Positions 30,520-40,439 of a stretch of 64,000 nt of DNA are shown in pieces. Positions within the stretch are counted from its first letter, which is position 1, and each line of letters starts with the position of its first letter. The stretch comes from Ignavibacteriales bacterium (GTDB lineage Bacteria; Bacteroidota; Ignavibacteria; UBA10030; UBA6906), in NCBI GenBank assembly GCA_037441705.1, contig JBBIRR010000008.1:1-64000 (forward strand), given 5' to 3'. The notes beneath the pieces are model-generated. The model saw only the letters and a list, made by a program, of their open reading frames with translations. It searched no databases and was not told the DNA's origin. Made by a program: the position numbers and the translations under genes.

Positions 30520-32381
30520 AGAAAATAACGGCAGACATACTCCTCAAAGCAAAACAATACGGGTTCTCCGATCGGCAGCTTGCGACGATCTGGAAAACGG
30601 ATGAAGAGACGGTCAGGCGTTTGCGGAAGCGTTTCGGGGTGACGGCGGTGTTCAAGACCGTCGACACGTGCGCGGCAGAGTTTGCCGCACAGACGCCCTA
30701 CCATTATTCCACCTATGAGATGGAAAATGAATCGGTGCGTTCTCCGAGAAAGAAGATCATCATTCTCGGCGGCGGGCCGAATCGTATCGGGCAGGGTATC
30801 GAGTTCGACTACTGCTGCGTGCATGCCGTGATGGGTTTGCGTGAAGAGGGGTATGAAACCATCATGATCAATTGCAACCCCGAAACCGTCTCGACCGACT
30901 ATGACACGACGGACAAGCTGTACTTCGAGCCTCTCACGTTGGAAGATGTGCTGAACATCTGCGAGCATGAACAGCCGGATGGGATTGTCGTCACGTTCGG
31001 AGGGCAGACGCCGTTGAAGATTGCCAAGGCTCTGGAGGATCATGGGTTCAGAATCATCGGCACATCGACTGAAGGCATCGATCTTGCTGAAGATCGGAAG
31101 CGGTTCGGGAAGCTTCTGGAATCGCTGCAGATTCCGTGTCCGCCGTGGGGCACCGCGTCAAATGTGGAAGAAGCGCTCGAGGTGACAAAAAAGATAGGCT
31201 ACCCTGTGCTGGTTCGGCCGTCGTACGTTCTTGGCGGGCGGGCAATGGAGATTTGCTACGGCGATGATGCGTTGCGGGAGTACATGGCAAAGGCCGTGAA
31301 CGTTTCGCCCGAGCATCCCGTGCTCATTGACCGGTTCCTTGAGGATGCGTTCGAATTCGACGTTGATGCGGTTTGCGACGGCGAGGATGTGTACATCGGC
31401 GGAGTGATGCAGCACATCGAAGAAGCGGGTGTTCATTCCGGTGACAGCTCCTGCGTGCTGCCGCCGTATCAGGTGACGGCGCAGCAACTGCACACGCTCA
31501 TGACGTACACACGCAAGCTTGCACTTGCGCTGAACGTTGTGGGGCTGGTGAACGTGCAGTATGCGATGCAAGACGGCGTCGTGTATGTGCTGGAAGTGAA
31601 CCCCCGCGCCTCGCGTACGGTGCCGTTCGTCAGCAAGGCGACGGGTGTGCCGCTTGCCAAGATTGCGGCAAAGCTTATGGTCGGCAGAAAGTTGAAGGAA
31701 TTGGGAGTGAAGGGGTTCAGCTGGGCCAAGCACGTATCGGTAAAAGAATCCGTCTTTCCGTTCAACAAGTTTCCGACGGCACGTCACTTCCTCGGACCTG
31801 AGATGCGCTCGACCGGCGAGGTGATGGGGATTGCCGACAGCTTCGGCGTTTCGTTCGCGAAGGCCTCGATTGCGGGAGGGATGCCGCTGCCGCAGTCGGG
31901 CACGGTGTTCGTGAGCTTGAATGATAACGACAAACGCGAGCGTGCCGTGAACATCGTGCGCAGCTACGTCCGCCTGGGCTTCAATATCCTTGCTACAGAA
32001 GGGACGTCGCGCTTCCTGACCGAACACGGCATTCCCAACCGTCCGGTGCTGAAAGCCGGCAACTGGACGTTGAACATCATCGACATCATCAAGAACGGCT
32101 GGGTACAGCTTATCATCCTCACGCCGTTGGGCCAGACCTCGCGCGCCGACGAGCACGCCATCGGCCAGACGGCGATGGAGTACAAAGTTCCCTTCATTAC
32201 GACTCTTGCGGCTGCCGCCTCGGCCAGCAAGAGCATCGAGGAGATGCGGAAGAACCAACTTTCGGTGATGAGTGTGCAGGAGCATCATGAACTTGCGGCG
32301 CAGGGCGGCGAAGCACGCCCCGTGGAAACGCTCGAGGACTGCGAGCGGATGGTCGAGTATATCCGCTCTTTTCAGATGTAA
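30516..32381 (+). CDS. carB: carbamoyl-phosphate synthase large chain, C-terminal half
   Basis: AKQYGFSD, VDTCAAEF, GPNRIGQGIEFDY, EVNPRASRTVPF, MGS-like domain; TTG start overlaps the upstream TGA. Confidence 0.93.
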   Translation: MKKITADILLKAKQYGFSDRQLATIWKTDEETVRRLRKRFGVTAVFKTVDTCAAEFAAQTPYHYSTYEMENESVRSPRKKIIILGGGPNRIGQGIEFDYCCVHAVMGLREEGYETIMINCNPETVSTDYDTTDKLYFEPLTLEDVLNICEHEQPDGIVVTFGGQTPLKIAKALEDHGFRIIGTSTEGIDLAEDRKRFGKLLESLQIPCPPWGTASNVEEALEVTKKIGYPVLVRPSYVLGGRAMEICYGDDALREYMAKAVNVSPEHPVLIDRFLEDAFEFDVDAVCDGEDVYIGGVMQHIEEAGVHSGDSSCVLPPYQVTAQQLHTLMTYTRKLALALNVVGLVNVQYAMQDGVVYVLEVNPRASRTVPFVSKATGVPLAKIAAKLMVGRKLKELGVKGFSWAKHVSVKESVFPFNKFPTARHFLGPEMRSTGEVMGIADSFGVSFAKASIAGGMPLPQSGTVFVSLNDNDKRERAVNIVRSYVRLGFNILATEGTSRFLTEHGIPNRPVLKAGNWTLNIIDIIKNGWVQLIILTPLGQTSRADEHAIGQTAMEYKVPFITTLAAAASASKSIEEMRKNQLSVMSVQEHHELAAQGGEARPVETLEDCERMVEYIRSFQM

Positions 32382-32519
32382 CCTATCAGCCAAAACAGGG
32401 TCGGGCGGTGTGGCTTGTGACACATCCCCCGAAAGCATTTTATATATCTTGGAACCCACTACGCTTTTGCTTATCATTGGGCAACAACAAACTCCTGGGA
32501 CACTAACGACGGGATAGCT

Positions 32520-34337
32520 ATGTACATTCTTGGCATATCATGCTACTACCACGATTCGGCAGCCGCGCTGATCAAAGACGGCAAAATTGTTGCGGCTGCG
32601 CAAGAAGAGCGGTTCACGCGCAAGAAGCATGATTTCAATTTTCCAACACATGCCATTGCCTATTGTTTGAAGGAAGGCGGCATCACGGCGAAAGACCTGA
32701 GCTACGTAGCCTTTTACGATAAGCCGCTGCTCAAGTTCGAGCGCTTACTCGAAACCTACATCGCGTACGCCCCCAGGGGTCTCAAGTCTTTCTTCATGGC
32801 GATGCCTCTGTGGCTGAAGGAGAAGCTGTGGATCCCCTCGATGATCGAGCGCGATCTGGGGTTTGAAGGGGAGATTCTCTTTCCCGAGCATCATGAGTCG
32901 CACGCCGCATCCGCGTTCTATCCCTCTCCGTTCCAGGAAGCGGCATTCCTGACGTTGGACGGCGTCGGGGAGTGGACCACGACGAGTTACGGCGTGGGCA
33001 AAGACAATATGATCCAGATTCACGGCGAGTTGAACTTCCCGCACTCGCTCGGCTTACTGTATTCGGCGTTTACCTATTTCACCGGCTTCAAAGTCAACTC
33101 CGCAGAGTACAAGGTGATGGGACTGGCGCCCTATGGCGAGCCAAAGTATGTGAAGCAGATTTACGATCATCTCCTTGATTTGAAGGAAGACGGATCGTTC
33201 AAGATGAACATGGAGTATTTCGACTATTGCGCGGGCTTGACGATGACCAATGGGAAGTTTGCCGAGCTGTTCGGCGGCCCGCCGCGTCAGCCTGAAACGA
33301 AACTCACGCAGCGCGAGATGGATCTTGCACGCTCGGTGCAGGAGGTGACCGAGGAGATTATGCTGCGCCAGGCACGCCACGTCCACAAAGAGACGGGACA
33401 AAAATACCTCGTGCTTGCCGGCGGTGTAGCGCTCAACTGCGTGGGCAACGGGCGGCTCTTGCGCGAAGGGCCATTCGAGAAGTTGTGGATCCAGCCGGCG
33501 GCCGGCGATGCGGGCGGCGCGCTCGGCGCAGCACTGTACGTCTGGCATGCGTATCTGGGCAACCCCCGCAAGGCCAATCCGAACAAAGACGCGCAGATGG
33601 GCTCCTATCTGGGGCCGTCCTACTCCGACGAAGAGATCGAGCACTTCCTGCGGATGAACGAGATCGTGTATCAGAAAGTCTCGCCCGAGGATCTTCCGGA
33701 GATTGTCGCCGATCTGATTGCGCAGGAAAATGTCATCGGCTGGTTCCAGGGAAGGATGGAGTTTGGTCCACGCGCTCTCGGCAGCCGCAGCATCATTGGA
33801 GATGCGCGATCGCCCAAGATGCAATCCATCATGAATCTGAAAATCAAGTTTCGCGAGTCGTTCCGGCCGTTCGCACCGTCGGTCTTACGCGAGAAAGTGT
33901 CGGATTACTTTGAGATGGACTGCGAAAGCCCCTACATGCTGTTGGTGGCACCCGTGCGCCAAGAGCGGCGCGTGAAGATGACGGAAGAGCAGGAGAAACT
34001 CTTCGGCATCGACAAACTGAACGTTCCGCGCTCGGACATTCCGGCCGTCACGCACGTGGATTACTCGGCGCGCATTCAAACGGTGGAACGCGAGGATCAT
34101 CCGCTCTATTACGACATGATCAATGCTTTCTACAAGAAAACGGGATGCGCCGTTATCATCAATACGTCGTTCAACGTGCGCGGCGAGCCCATCGTCTGCC
34201 GACCGATCGAGGCGTACAAATGCCTCATGCGAACAAACATGGATTATCTGGTGATGGGAAACTATATCATCGCCAAGACGGAACAGAAACCCCTCGAACA
34301 GGATATTGATTGGATGAAGGAGTTCGAACTTGACTAA
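32520..34337 (+). CDS. O-carbamoyltransferase (NodU/CmcH/SxtI family)
   Basis: ILGIS.YYHDSAA, QEERFTR.KH, EHHESHAASAF, EYKVMGLAPYG, EFGPRALG, FRPFAP. Confidence 0.95.
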   Translation: MYILGISCYYHDSAAALIKDGKIVAAAQEERFTRKKHDFNFPTHAIAYCLKEGGITAKDLSYVAFYDKPLLKFERLLETYIAYAPRGLKSFFMAMPLWLKEKLWIPSMIERDLGFEGEILFPEHHESHAASAFYPSPFQEAAFLTLDGVGEWTTTSYGVGKDNMIQIHGELNFPHSLGLLYSAFTYFTGFKVNSAEYKVMGLAPYGEPKYVKQIYDHLLDLKEDGSFKMNMEYFDYCAGLTMTNGKFAELFGGPPRQPETKLTQREMDLARSVQEVTEEIMLRQARHVHKETGQKYLVLAGGVALNCVGNGRLLREGPFEKLWIQPAAGDAGGALGAALYVWHAYLGNPRKANPNKDAQMGSYLGPSYSDEEIEHFLRMNEIVYQKVSPEDLPEIVADLIAQENVIGWFQGRMEFGPRALGSRSIIGDARSPKMQSIMNLKIKFRESFRPFAPSVLREKVSDYFEMDCESPYMLLVAPVRQERRVKMTEEQEKLFGIDKLNVPRSDIPAVTHVDYSARIQTVEREDHPLYYDMINAFYKKTGCAVIINTSFNVRGEPIVCRPIEAYKCLMRTNMDYLVMGNYIIAKTEQKPLEQDIDWMKEFELD

Positions 34338-34779
34338 CAAACTGAAAATCGACAGGTCACCCGACGCCGTCAGGAAGACGGGGAAGGCATTTCTTATCGG
34401 CTTCAGCATTATCGGTGCCGTGCTGTTGATAGCCCACAGCGGCTGGTTCCGATTCGATTTTGCTCAGGGCGTGCAGAGCATCGGATGGCGGTGGTTTGCA
34501 GGATTGGGCGTGGGTCTGTTTATTCTCAGCCGCGTCGCCTATCCGTTGATGAAGCCCATCCACATCGCCTGGATGACACTCGCCTTTGCCTTAGGATGGT
34601 TCAACACAAGGCTGCTCTTGGGGATCTTCTTCTACCTTATCCTCACACCCATAGGCGTTGTGATGAGGTTACTGGGTGTAGATTTGATCGATCAAAAAAT
34701 CGATCGGCGTGCAGAGAGCTATTGGAAGAAGCGCGACCTCAGCAAATTCGACCCGAAGCATGTAACGCGAACGTTCTGA
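34330..34779 (+). CDS. SxtJ-like membrane protein
   Basis: P...WM.LA..LGW..TR.LL..FFY..LTPIG, SYWKKR; usual position after the carbamoyltransferase. Confidence 0.8.
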   Translation: MTNKLKIDRSPDAVRKTGKAFLIGFSIIGAVLLIAHSGWFRFDFAQGVQSIGWRWFAGLGVGLFILSRVAYPLMKPIHIAWMTLAFALGWFNTRLLLGIFFYLILTPIGVVMRLLGVDLIDQKIDRRAESYWKKRDLSKFDPKHVTRTF

Positions 34780-34819
34780 TGTTATTCACTACACTCATAC
34801 ACACTGGAGGAGCAGAATA

Positions 34820-34984
34820 ATGGCACGCAGCAAATTTGCCATCCTGGGGGAACTGTGGGAGTTCATGAAGGTGAGGAAGAAGTGGTGGCTTGGTCCCATC
34901 GTGTTCATGCTGCTTGCGCTGGGCCTGCTGTTGGTGTTCACGCAAGGCTCGGCACTGGCACCGTTCATCTACACGCTGTTCTAA
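34820..34984 (+). CDS. 54-aa DUF5989/SxtK-like protein
   Basis: Hand-translated MARSKFAILGELWEFMKVRKKWWLGPIVFMLLALGLLLVFTQGSALAPFIYTLF; SD GGAGG. Confidence 0.85.
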   Translation: MARSKFAILGELWEFMKVRKKWWLGPIVFMLLALGLLLVFTQGSALAPFIYTLF

Positions 34985-35058
34985 TTACACTGTCGGTCGG
35001 CATTTCTCGAACGGACACTCGAACGTCGAGTGTCCGTTGTGCTTTGATGCTCCAACCT

Positions 35059-36264
35059 TTATCTGGTTGTTTGCACGGGGGGACGCTCGTGCACAGCATT
35101 CACCATGTTTCGTTGTGCGGGGATGCGCTGCATCGGCGTTGCCTTCAAATACTCGCACAGTGCGCGCCCCACAATGTTGTGTCCTTCCGGCGTCAGGTGC
35201 CCATCCACGGCAAAGAATAATGGAGGTCCGATCAGATTGTGCCGGAGAACGGGAAGGGCGTCAACGAATTCGATTCCCGACGTTGAGAAAAAGTCACGCA
35301 ACAACCGTTGGGGTTTCTCCAGATCGTACTCGCGTGGGTCGAGCTGGAGGGCTGCAATATATTCATCCCATGTCGTCTTGTACACCTGGTAGCTCGCGGG
35401 CAGGATCAGCACGATGAGTCGCTCCTGATGCTCGGCTGTTTCCTGCGCCAGATACTGCAGGATCGTTTGCGTGTAGCCCCAGTTTCGCTGCATCCGTTCT
35501 GAAAACTCTCGCCGACAGAAATCCGGAGGAAGATTGTAGGGCCTCAACCCGAAGAGCGACAGAAGCTGCGAACTCCGGTCGCGCAGAAAGACGTACAGAT
35601 GTGAATTCATACTGAGATAGGCCCGCAGGGGTTGCGTGAGGCGCCGCACGAAGCTGTGTTCCCTTTCACCCGATAGCTTGGACACAAGATTGCCGTCAAC
35701 CACCTGCAGTGTCGGGTTTCCCGTCGCGTCGTAGAGGTCAGCCGATTCGACGAAGTCGTTCCCCACAAAGAAGGCGAGGAGAACAATGTCGGGCTGCAAG
35801 TGCGAGCGATACTTCTGAAGGAAGCGATGTTCCTGCAGCGGACTGTAGGCCGGAACGCCGCAGTTGATTACCTCCACCGGATGAGCGACGGTCGAGATGC
35901 ATGCTTCGAGGCGCTTGAGGAATGTTTGTTCGAGCGTCACGCCGTTACCGAACGTAAATGAGTCTCCCAGACCGATGATGCGCGTCGCGTGGAGCGTTTT
36001 TGGTGGAATCTCGTTGTCTCGTACCCCGAAGCTGTTGATTTCCACCGGAATGGAGAACTCATAACTGGAGTGGATCGTTCGATATCCTTTTTGCATCGAG
36101 AAAACGAGCGTGCTATCCGGCTCGAAACACGCGAGGTTGTTGTCCAGACGTTGGGGGCTGAGCAGGCGAATGAAGAGTTCGCCCGCAAGGAGTGCCAGAA
36201 GGATTCCTGGCACCGAGAGAAGCATTGACTTGAGGAATGAATTCACGCGGCTTGGGGATTTCAT
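35059..36264 (-). CDS. membrane-anchored SGNH/GDSL hydrolase
   Basis: N-terminal TM, INSFGVRD, GDSFTFG, NCGVPAY, GND, DGHLTPEGH. Confidence 0.88.
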   Translation of the reverse strand: MKSPSRVNSFLKSMLLSVPGILLALLAGELFIRLLSPQRLDNNLACFEPDSTLVFSMQKGYRTIHSSYEFSIPVEINSFGVRDNEIPPKTLHATRIIGLGDSFTFGNGVTLEQTFLKRLEACISTVAHPVEVINCGVPAYSPLQEHRFLQKYRSHLQPDIVLLAFFVGNDFVESADLYDATGNPTLQVVDGNLVSKLSGEREHSFVRRLTQPLRAYLSMNSHLYVFLRDRSSQLLSLFGLRPYNLPPDFCRREFSERMQRNWGYTQTILQYLAQETAEHQERLIVLILPASYQVYKTTWDEYIAALQLDPREYDLEKPQRLLRDFFSTSGIEFVDALPVLRHNLIGPPLFFAVDGHLTPEGHNIVGRALCEYLKATPMQRIPAQRNMVNAVHERPPVQTTR

Positions 36265-36439
36265 CCGTACGAGCTTGGTCCAGCTAATCGTGTATACTTG
36301 TTCTCGGAGCTGGGTTGCTGAAGCCCGGAGACGACTTCAAAGAACAAAGCGAGCTTCTTGTGTAAGCGGGCACAAGATAAGCAAACGACCTGCGACTATC
36401 AAATGAAATCTGCCCTGAACTGCCAAGAGTGCGGAGGTG

Positions 36440-36468
36440 AAAAAAAAGGCGGTACCGTAAGTACCGCC
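36440..36468 (-). terminator. intrinsic terminator of the GH9 gene
   Basis: 8-bp stem GGCGGTAC/GTACCGCC followed by T8 on the minus strand. Confidence 0.8.
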
Positions 36469-36487
36469 CTTTCGGTGGGAATGAAAT

Positions 36488-38581
36488 CTATCGTGTCAGG
36501 ATCATTTTTCGGGTTTCCACAAAATCTCCAGAAATCATCTGGTAAAAGTAGATGCCTGAAGATGTCACATTGCCCGCGTTGTCGCGCCCATCCCAAGTGA
36601 CTTCCGTAAACCCTCGTTCGTATGTACCATTCACCAGTGTCCGTACCTCTTGCCCAAGCACATTGTAGATGGTCAGGCGAACGGTGGTGGATCGTGGAAC
36701 CGCAAAGCGGATCGTGGTTGAGGGATTGAAAGGATTCGGGTAGTTTTGTTCGAGCCAGAAGTCGCGCGGCAGGTTGTCCTCTTCTTGTGTAGAGGCCGGT
36801 CCCCCGCGGGCATACCTGCGAGCTGCATAAAGATTGTAGAGGAGCGCAGCATTCCAGTTAATGGCGACCTCGTTCGTTGACCAACTGTCATTGTCGGTAA
36901 AGCGTCCCTCCACAGGCTCGTTTCCGTTGCGGGGATTGGCCGGGTCACCCCAGTATCCCCAGATCGGGAACGGTTGGTTATTCGGGTAGGAGACATCGTT
37001 CCCGTCCGGCCATTGATTCGGTCCGCCGGCAAGCGCGCCCGGGAAATGCCACGGGTTGGCATTGAGGGCCTTCATCCAGTGGTGGAATCCGCGCAGCCGC
37101 GGCTTGGAAACGCCGGTGACACCACTCAGGTAGCACTGGTTCATATAGTTTCTGCCAAAAATCCACTCGAGATTGAACAGTGCCTGATCGAGATCGGCCG
37201 TTCGTGTCGTATCCAGATAGTATGCTCTCCAGGAAAACTGTCCGCTGCGATGCATTCCGTTGCTGGCGCTTCCCCAGTAGTAGTGCGTTGCGAATTGGAA
37301 GGGATGCGTGTTGCCATCATTGCGGACGCCATCAGCCATCTGAAAGATCCTCTGCCGAATCTCCTCCTTTCGTGCAGAGCTGGCGCCGGAGGGGACGCGA
37401 AGATACAGGCTTGCCGCAAAGCCTTCGCTCTTGCTGAACGAACTGATCCAACCGATCGGTTCATAGTATTGTTGAAAGGCCGCCTCGTACTGCGTCTCAC
37501 CGGTCGCGTAGAGTAACCCTGCTGCCGCCCACATCCGGTTGGTTCTCAACAGGTGTGCGTCGTTTCCCTGAGCGTAGTTGTTGAAGTTAATCCCGCCGCA
37601 GCCGGCGCATCCGTCGTACGTGGCATTGGGGTTTGCAAGCATCCATGTCCAGCCGCTGCGGGCCGCTGCAAGACATCGGTTTGCGAAGGCTTGGTCGTAC
37701 GAACGAAAGATACCCGAAGCATATCCGAGAACGGCAATAGCTTTGGCAGTGGCCTGGACGGTTGGCGGGACGGTCTTCATGTACGGTGAGACACTTTGCG
37801 GAAACGTTGTACCGTACGGATACGAGTTGGTTCCGTTGTTTGCAGTGGCGTTGCACCAGAAGCCGCCGTTTGCGTCTTGCATGGACAGCAGCCACTCGAG
37901 ACCCCACCGCGCCTCATCCAGAAGATCCGGGACGCCGTTTCCGCTTTCAGGAATGTTCATGTTGTCATCCATCGGACGGAAGTCCGACCACGCCTCCAGC
38001 ATCCAGAAGATGGACTGAGTCATCGTCGCATTGTACACCGTGAGGTCGCCTGCATCATGCCATCCTTTGACGACACCCGCAGGAGCCAGGTGCGCATCCG
38101 TCGGATGATACCAGGGTCCTTCGGCGTGCGTCTGCAGGATAGCTGTGAAGGCGCGCTGATAATAGAAGAAGCGAAACGTCGCGCGCAGGGGCTGATCAAA
38201 GATATCCGATCGAATATCAAACGGATAAGATTCGAGATTCCCGATGACGATCTTGTATCGGCCGGGAGTTCGGAAGGACGAAAAATCTCCCACCCAAACC
38301 GTCGCGCCGTTCAGCACCCCTTGCTGATCGTTCACCGAGCGAAGCGGTCCACCACCTGTGAACACGGTGGCATTGTCACTCACACGCCTGATCGTGAACG
38401 AACTGAACTGCGACGGTGAAGTAAACTGTTTCTTGCTGTTGGGTAGGAAACCAAGCTGCGTTGCGGCAATCTTATCGAACGCCAGAATGCCGCTGGGTCC
38501 GTTGGGATTGTCTTGCGCCGTCAGAGGAGAGTTGCACAGGACAAGGATGGCGGCCAATGAAATCCACTTCAAGCACGTCAT
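36488..38581 (-). CDS. glycoside hydrolase family 9 with a T9SS-type C-terminal sorting tail
   Basis: Signal peptide, Ig-like N-domain, GWHDAGD, PDLLDEARWGLEWL, STNEVAINWNA; tail LEQNYPNPFNPST..SGIYFY..KMILTR. Confidence 0.88.
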   Translation of the reverse strand: MTCLKWISLAAILVLCNSPLTAQDNPNGPSGILAFDKIAATQLGFLPNSKKQFTSPSQFSSFTIRRVSDNATVFTGGGPLRSVNDQQGVLNGATVWVGDFSSFRTPGRYKIVIGNLESYPFDIRSDIFDQPLRATFRFFYYQRAFTAILQTHAEGPWYHPTDAHLAPAGVVKGWHDAGDLTVYNATMTQSIFWMLEAWSDFRPMDDNMNIPESGNGVPDLLDEARWGLEWLLSMQDANGGFWCNATANNGTNSYPYGTTFPQSVSPYMKTVPPTVQATAKAIAVLGYASGIFRSYDQAFANRCLAAARSGWTWMLANPNATYDGCAGCGGINFNNYAQGNDAHLLRTNRMWAAAGLLYATGETQYEAAFQQYYEPIGWISSFSKSEGFAASLYLRVPSGASSARKEEIRQRIFQMADGVRNDGNTHPFQFATHYYWGSASNGMHRSGQFSWRAYYLDTTRTADLDQALFNLEWIFGRNYMNQCYLSGVTGVSKPRLRGFHHWMKALNANPWHFPGALAGGPNQWPDGNDVSYPNNQPFPIWGYWGDPANPRNGNEPVEGRFTDNDSWSTNEVAINWNAALLYNLYAARRYARGGPASTQEEDNLPRDFWLEQNYPNPFNPSTTIRFAVPRSTTVRLTIYNVLGQEVRTLVNGTYERGFTEVTWDGRDNAGNVTSSGIYFYQMISGDFVETRKMILTR

Positions 38582-38629
38582 AGTACCCCCTCTTGATTGA
38601 ATGGGTTTCTTGGCACAACCGGCACCTGA

Positions 38630-38657
38630 AATATAATGAATAAATCAGGTAAAGCAA
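38630..38657 (-). promoter_or_regulatory. sigma70 promoter of the GH9 gene
   Basis: TTGCTT-N16-TATATT in an AT-rich spacer. Confidence 0.45.
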
Positions 38658-38762
38658 GCTCGCGCGGTGGAAATACCGATTAAAAATCAGTAATAACAGT
38701 CAAATGATTGAGAGGAGAGAATTCCAGTGGGATGAGTCGGATGGATAAGGCAGGCCCTCGGC

Positions 38763-39728
38763 TTACCATTTCACCGTGAGCGTGAACATATGCGATGGTT
38801 GGTAGTAGCGTCTGGTATACCTGTATCCGTAGTCGAACGCGAATTGCGAGTAGGAGATCCCGAGTCCGAACCGCGGTTCCAGGTCGCTACCCCTGAAAAC
38901 GAAACCGCCTCTTACAGCGGCGCGGAAGGCATCGGCCGACCAGAAAGGATAGTACTCTCCACCAAACTTAAAGATGATTCCTCGCTCGCCAACAACCTTT
39001 TCATTTTGAAATGCCAGAACAATCTTTTCTGTTTGATCCGCGAAGGGATAGTCAATCGCAACCGAGAGGGCGAGGACTCTTGATATTCGTGGTGTAAACA
39101 CATCCGTACGCAGGACGGGCGCAACCACCTTGTAATCCGTGCTGATGCCTTTTACGCTCAGGCCGTAGCGAATGTAGCGCGAGGGGGCGTACGCGAGTCC
39201 GAAGTCGCCGCCGAATGCCCAAACCGAATTCGGGCCGGTTGTTGAAGTGATAGCCTGGACGTTGATTCCGATCGCTAACGCCTCAGCGATTTCTCTTCCA
39301 TATCCCAGACCTGTGCGCAGTTCGTATCCGAGGTTGCGCACACTCGCGTTCGTGTAGAAGTCCGTGCCGCCAAAATGCAGGATGTCCACCGCAAAAGCGA
39401 TTCCGTCCACGCGCGTTGCCTTGTATGCGACTCCCAAATGTTCGAACGTAATTCCCTTCTGTACTCTGAGAAAGCTGTAATCAACAAGCGAGGTTGTGAG
39501 AAGTCCGAGCACGGCCGGGTTGGTACCGAAACCGGAGAAGTTATCGAGAACCGGGTCGGCAGCATCCGCCATCCCCATCAGTCGAGCACTGCTTGCTATG
39601 AACGGGAACTGCGGGCCTACTTTCTGGCCAACCGGCTGAGCATGGGCTGTGTGTGATCCCAACAGGAGAAGACCGACAAGGAAAGCGGACTGGTAATGAT
39701 GCTTCAAAACAAACGCGAGTGTTTTCAT
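38763..39728 (-). CDS. outer-membrane beta-barrel, PorV/PorQ (FadL-like) type
   Basis: Signal peptide, SARLMGMADA..NPAVL plug motif, alternating strands, terminal Trp. Confidence 0.7.
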   Translation of the reverse strand: MKTLAFVLKHHYQSAFLVGLLLLGSHTAHAQPVGQKVGPQFPFIASSARLMGMADAADPVLDNFSGFGTNPAVLGLLTTSLVDYSFLRVQKGITFEHLGVAYKATRVDGIAFAVDILHFGGTDFYTNASVRNLGYELRTGLGYGREIAEALAIGINVQAITSTTGPNSVWAFGGDFGLAYAPSRYIRYGLSVKGISTDYKVVAPVLRTDVFTPRISRVLALSVAIDYPFADQTEKIVLAFQNEKVVGERGIIFKFGGEYYPFWSADAFRAAVRGGFVFRGSDLEPRFGLGISYSQFAFDYGYRYTRRYYQPSHMFTLTVKW

Positions 39729-39746
39729 GGATGCCTTCAGCTAAGC

Positions 39747-40439
39747 TCAGCGTCCCACGTCGGTCAGTTGGATGATGGTAAAGATGAATGCAACATCGCG
39801 GAAGAACTCCCCAAAATCTTTGATCACATTCTGCTGGCGCGGCACGAAGACAATTTCTCCCGGCTTCACTTTGGGAATGTTATCAATATCCGACCGGTCG
39901 AGGTAGTCTTCCAGGTTGACCTCAGTAGCGGGAACGGTTTTGTCTTTGTGAAAGATCTTGATCTTGTTGATGCGAGCCTCGGGAGTGTAGCCACCAGCCA
40001 TCGAAATCAGTTCCAACAAATTGGTTTCAATGGAGACGGGGTAGTTTTCGGGTCGCACCACGGCACCCAGAATGGTAACCCGTTGTCCGATGGATGAAAC
40101 GGCTGAAACAGTGATCTTGATGTCTCCCTGAATGTATTCCGCCAGCCTTTTCTCTAAACTTTTGATGAATTCGTCTTTGGTGAGACCTGCCGCTTTCACG
40201 TCACCGATGAGCGGCATGGTGAACATGCCGTTGTCCTTCACGGTTTGGGTTGTGGTAAACTCATTGTAACCCCAGACTGTAACTAAGAGCTGGTCACCCT
40301 TGTTGATGATATAGTCTGGCCCCTGGCCTCTTGCATTCGGTGCCAACGCAACAAACAACAGCACCACCGCAAGAAGCGCAACGATTCTCGAGCGACGAAC
40401 CATTCGTGCATTAATCCTCATAACCAATACCCTACTCAT
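39747..40439 (-). CDS. polysaccharide export (OPX/Wza-like) protein
   Basis: DY.I..GD.L.VTVW, G.FTMPLIGDVKAAGLT, SLBB domain (ISMAGG); exact start uncertain. Confidence 0.88.
   Translation of the reverse strand: MSRVLVMRINARMVRRSRIVALLAVVLLFVALAPNARGQGPDYIINKGDQLLVTVWGYNEFTTTQTVKDNGMFTMPLIGDVKAAGLTKDEFIKSLEKRLAEYIQGDIKITVSAVSSIGQRVTILGAVVRPENYPVSIETNLLELISMAGGYTPEARINKIKIFHKDKTVPATEVNLEDYLDRSDIDNIPKVKPGEIVFVPRQQNVIKDFGEFFRDVAFIFTIIQLTDVGR

Noticed and set aside
32520-36264. Saxitoxin biosynthesis cluster
   Set aside because: Only sxtI/J/K/L-like accessory genes are present; no sxtA/G/B core genes in the window.
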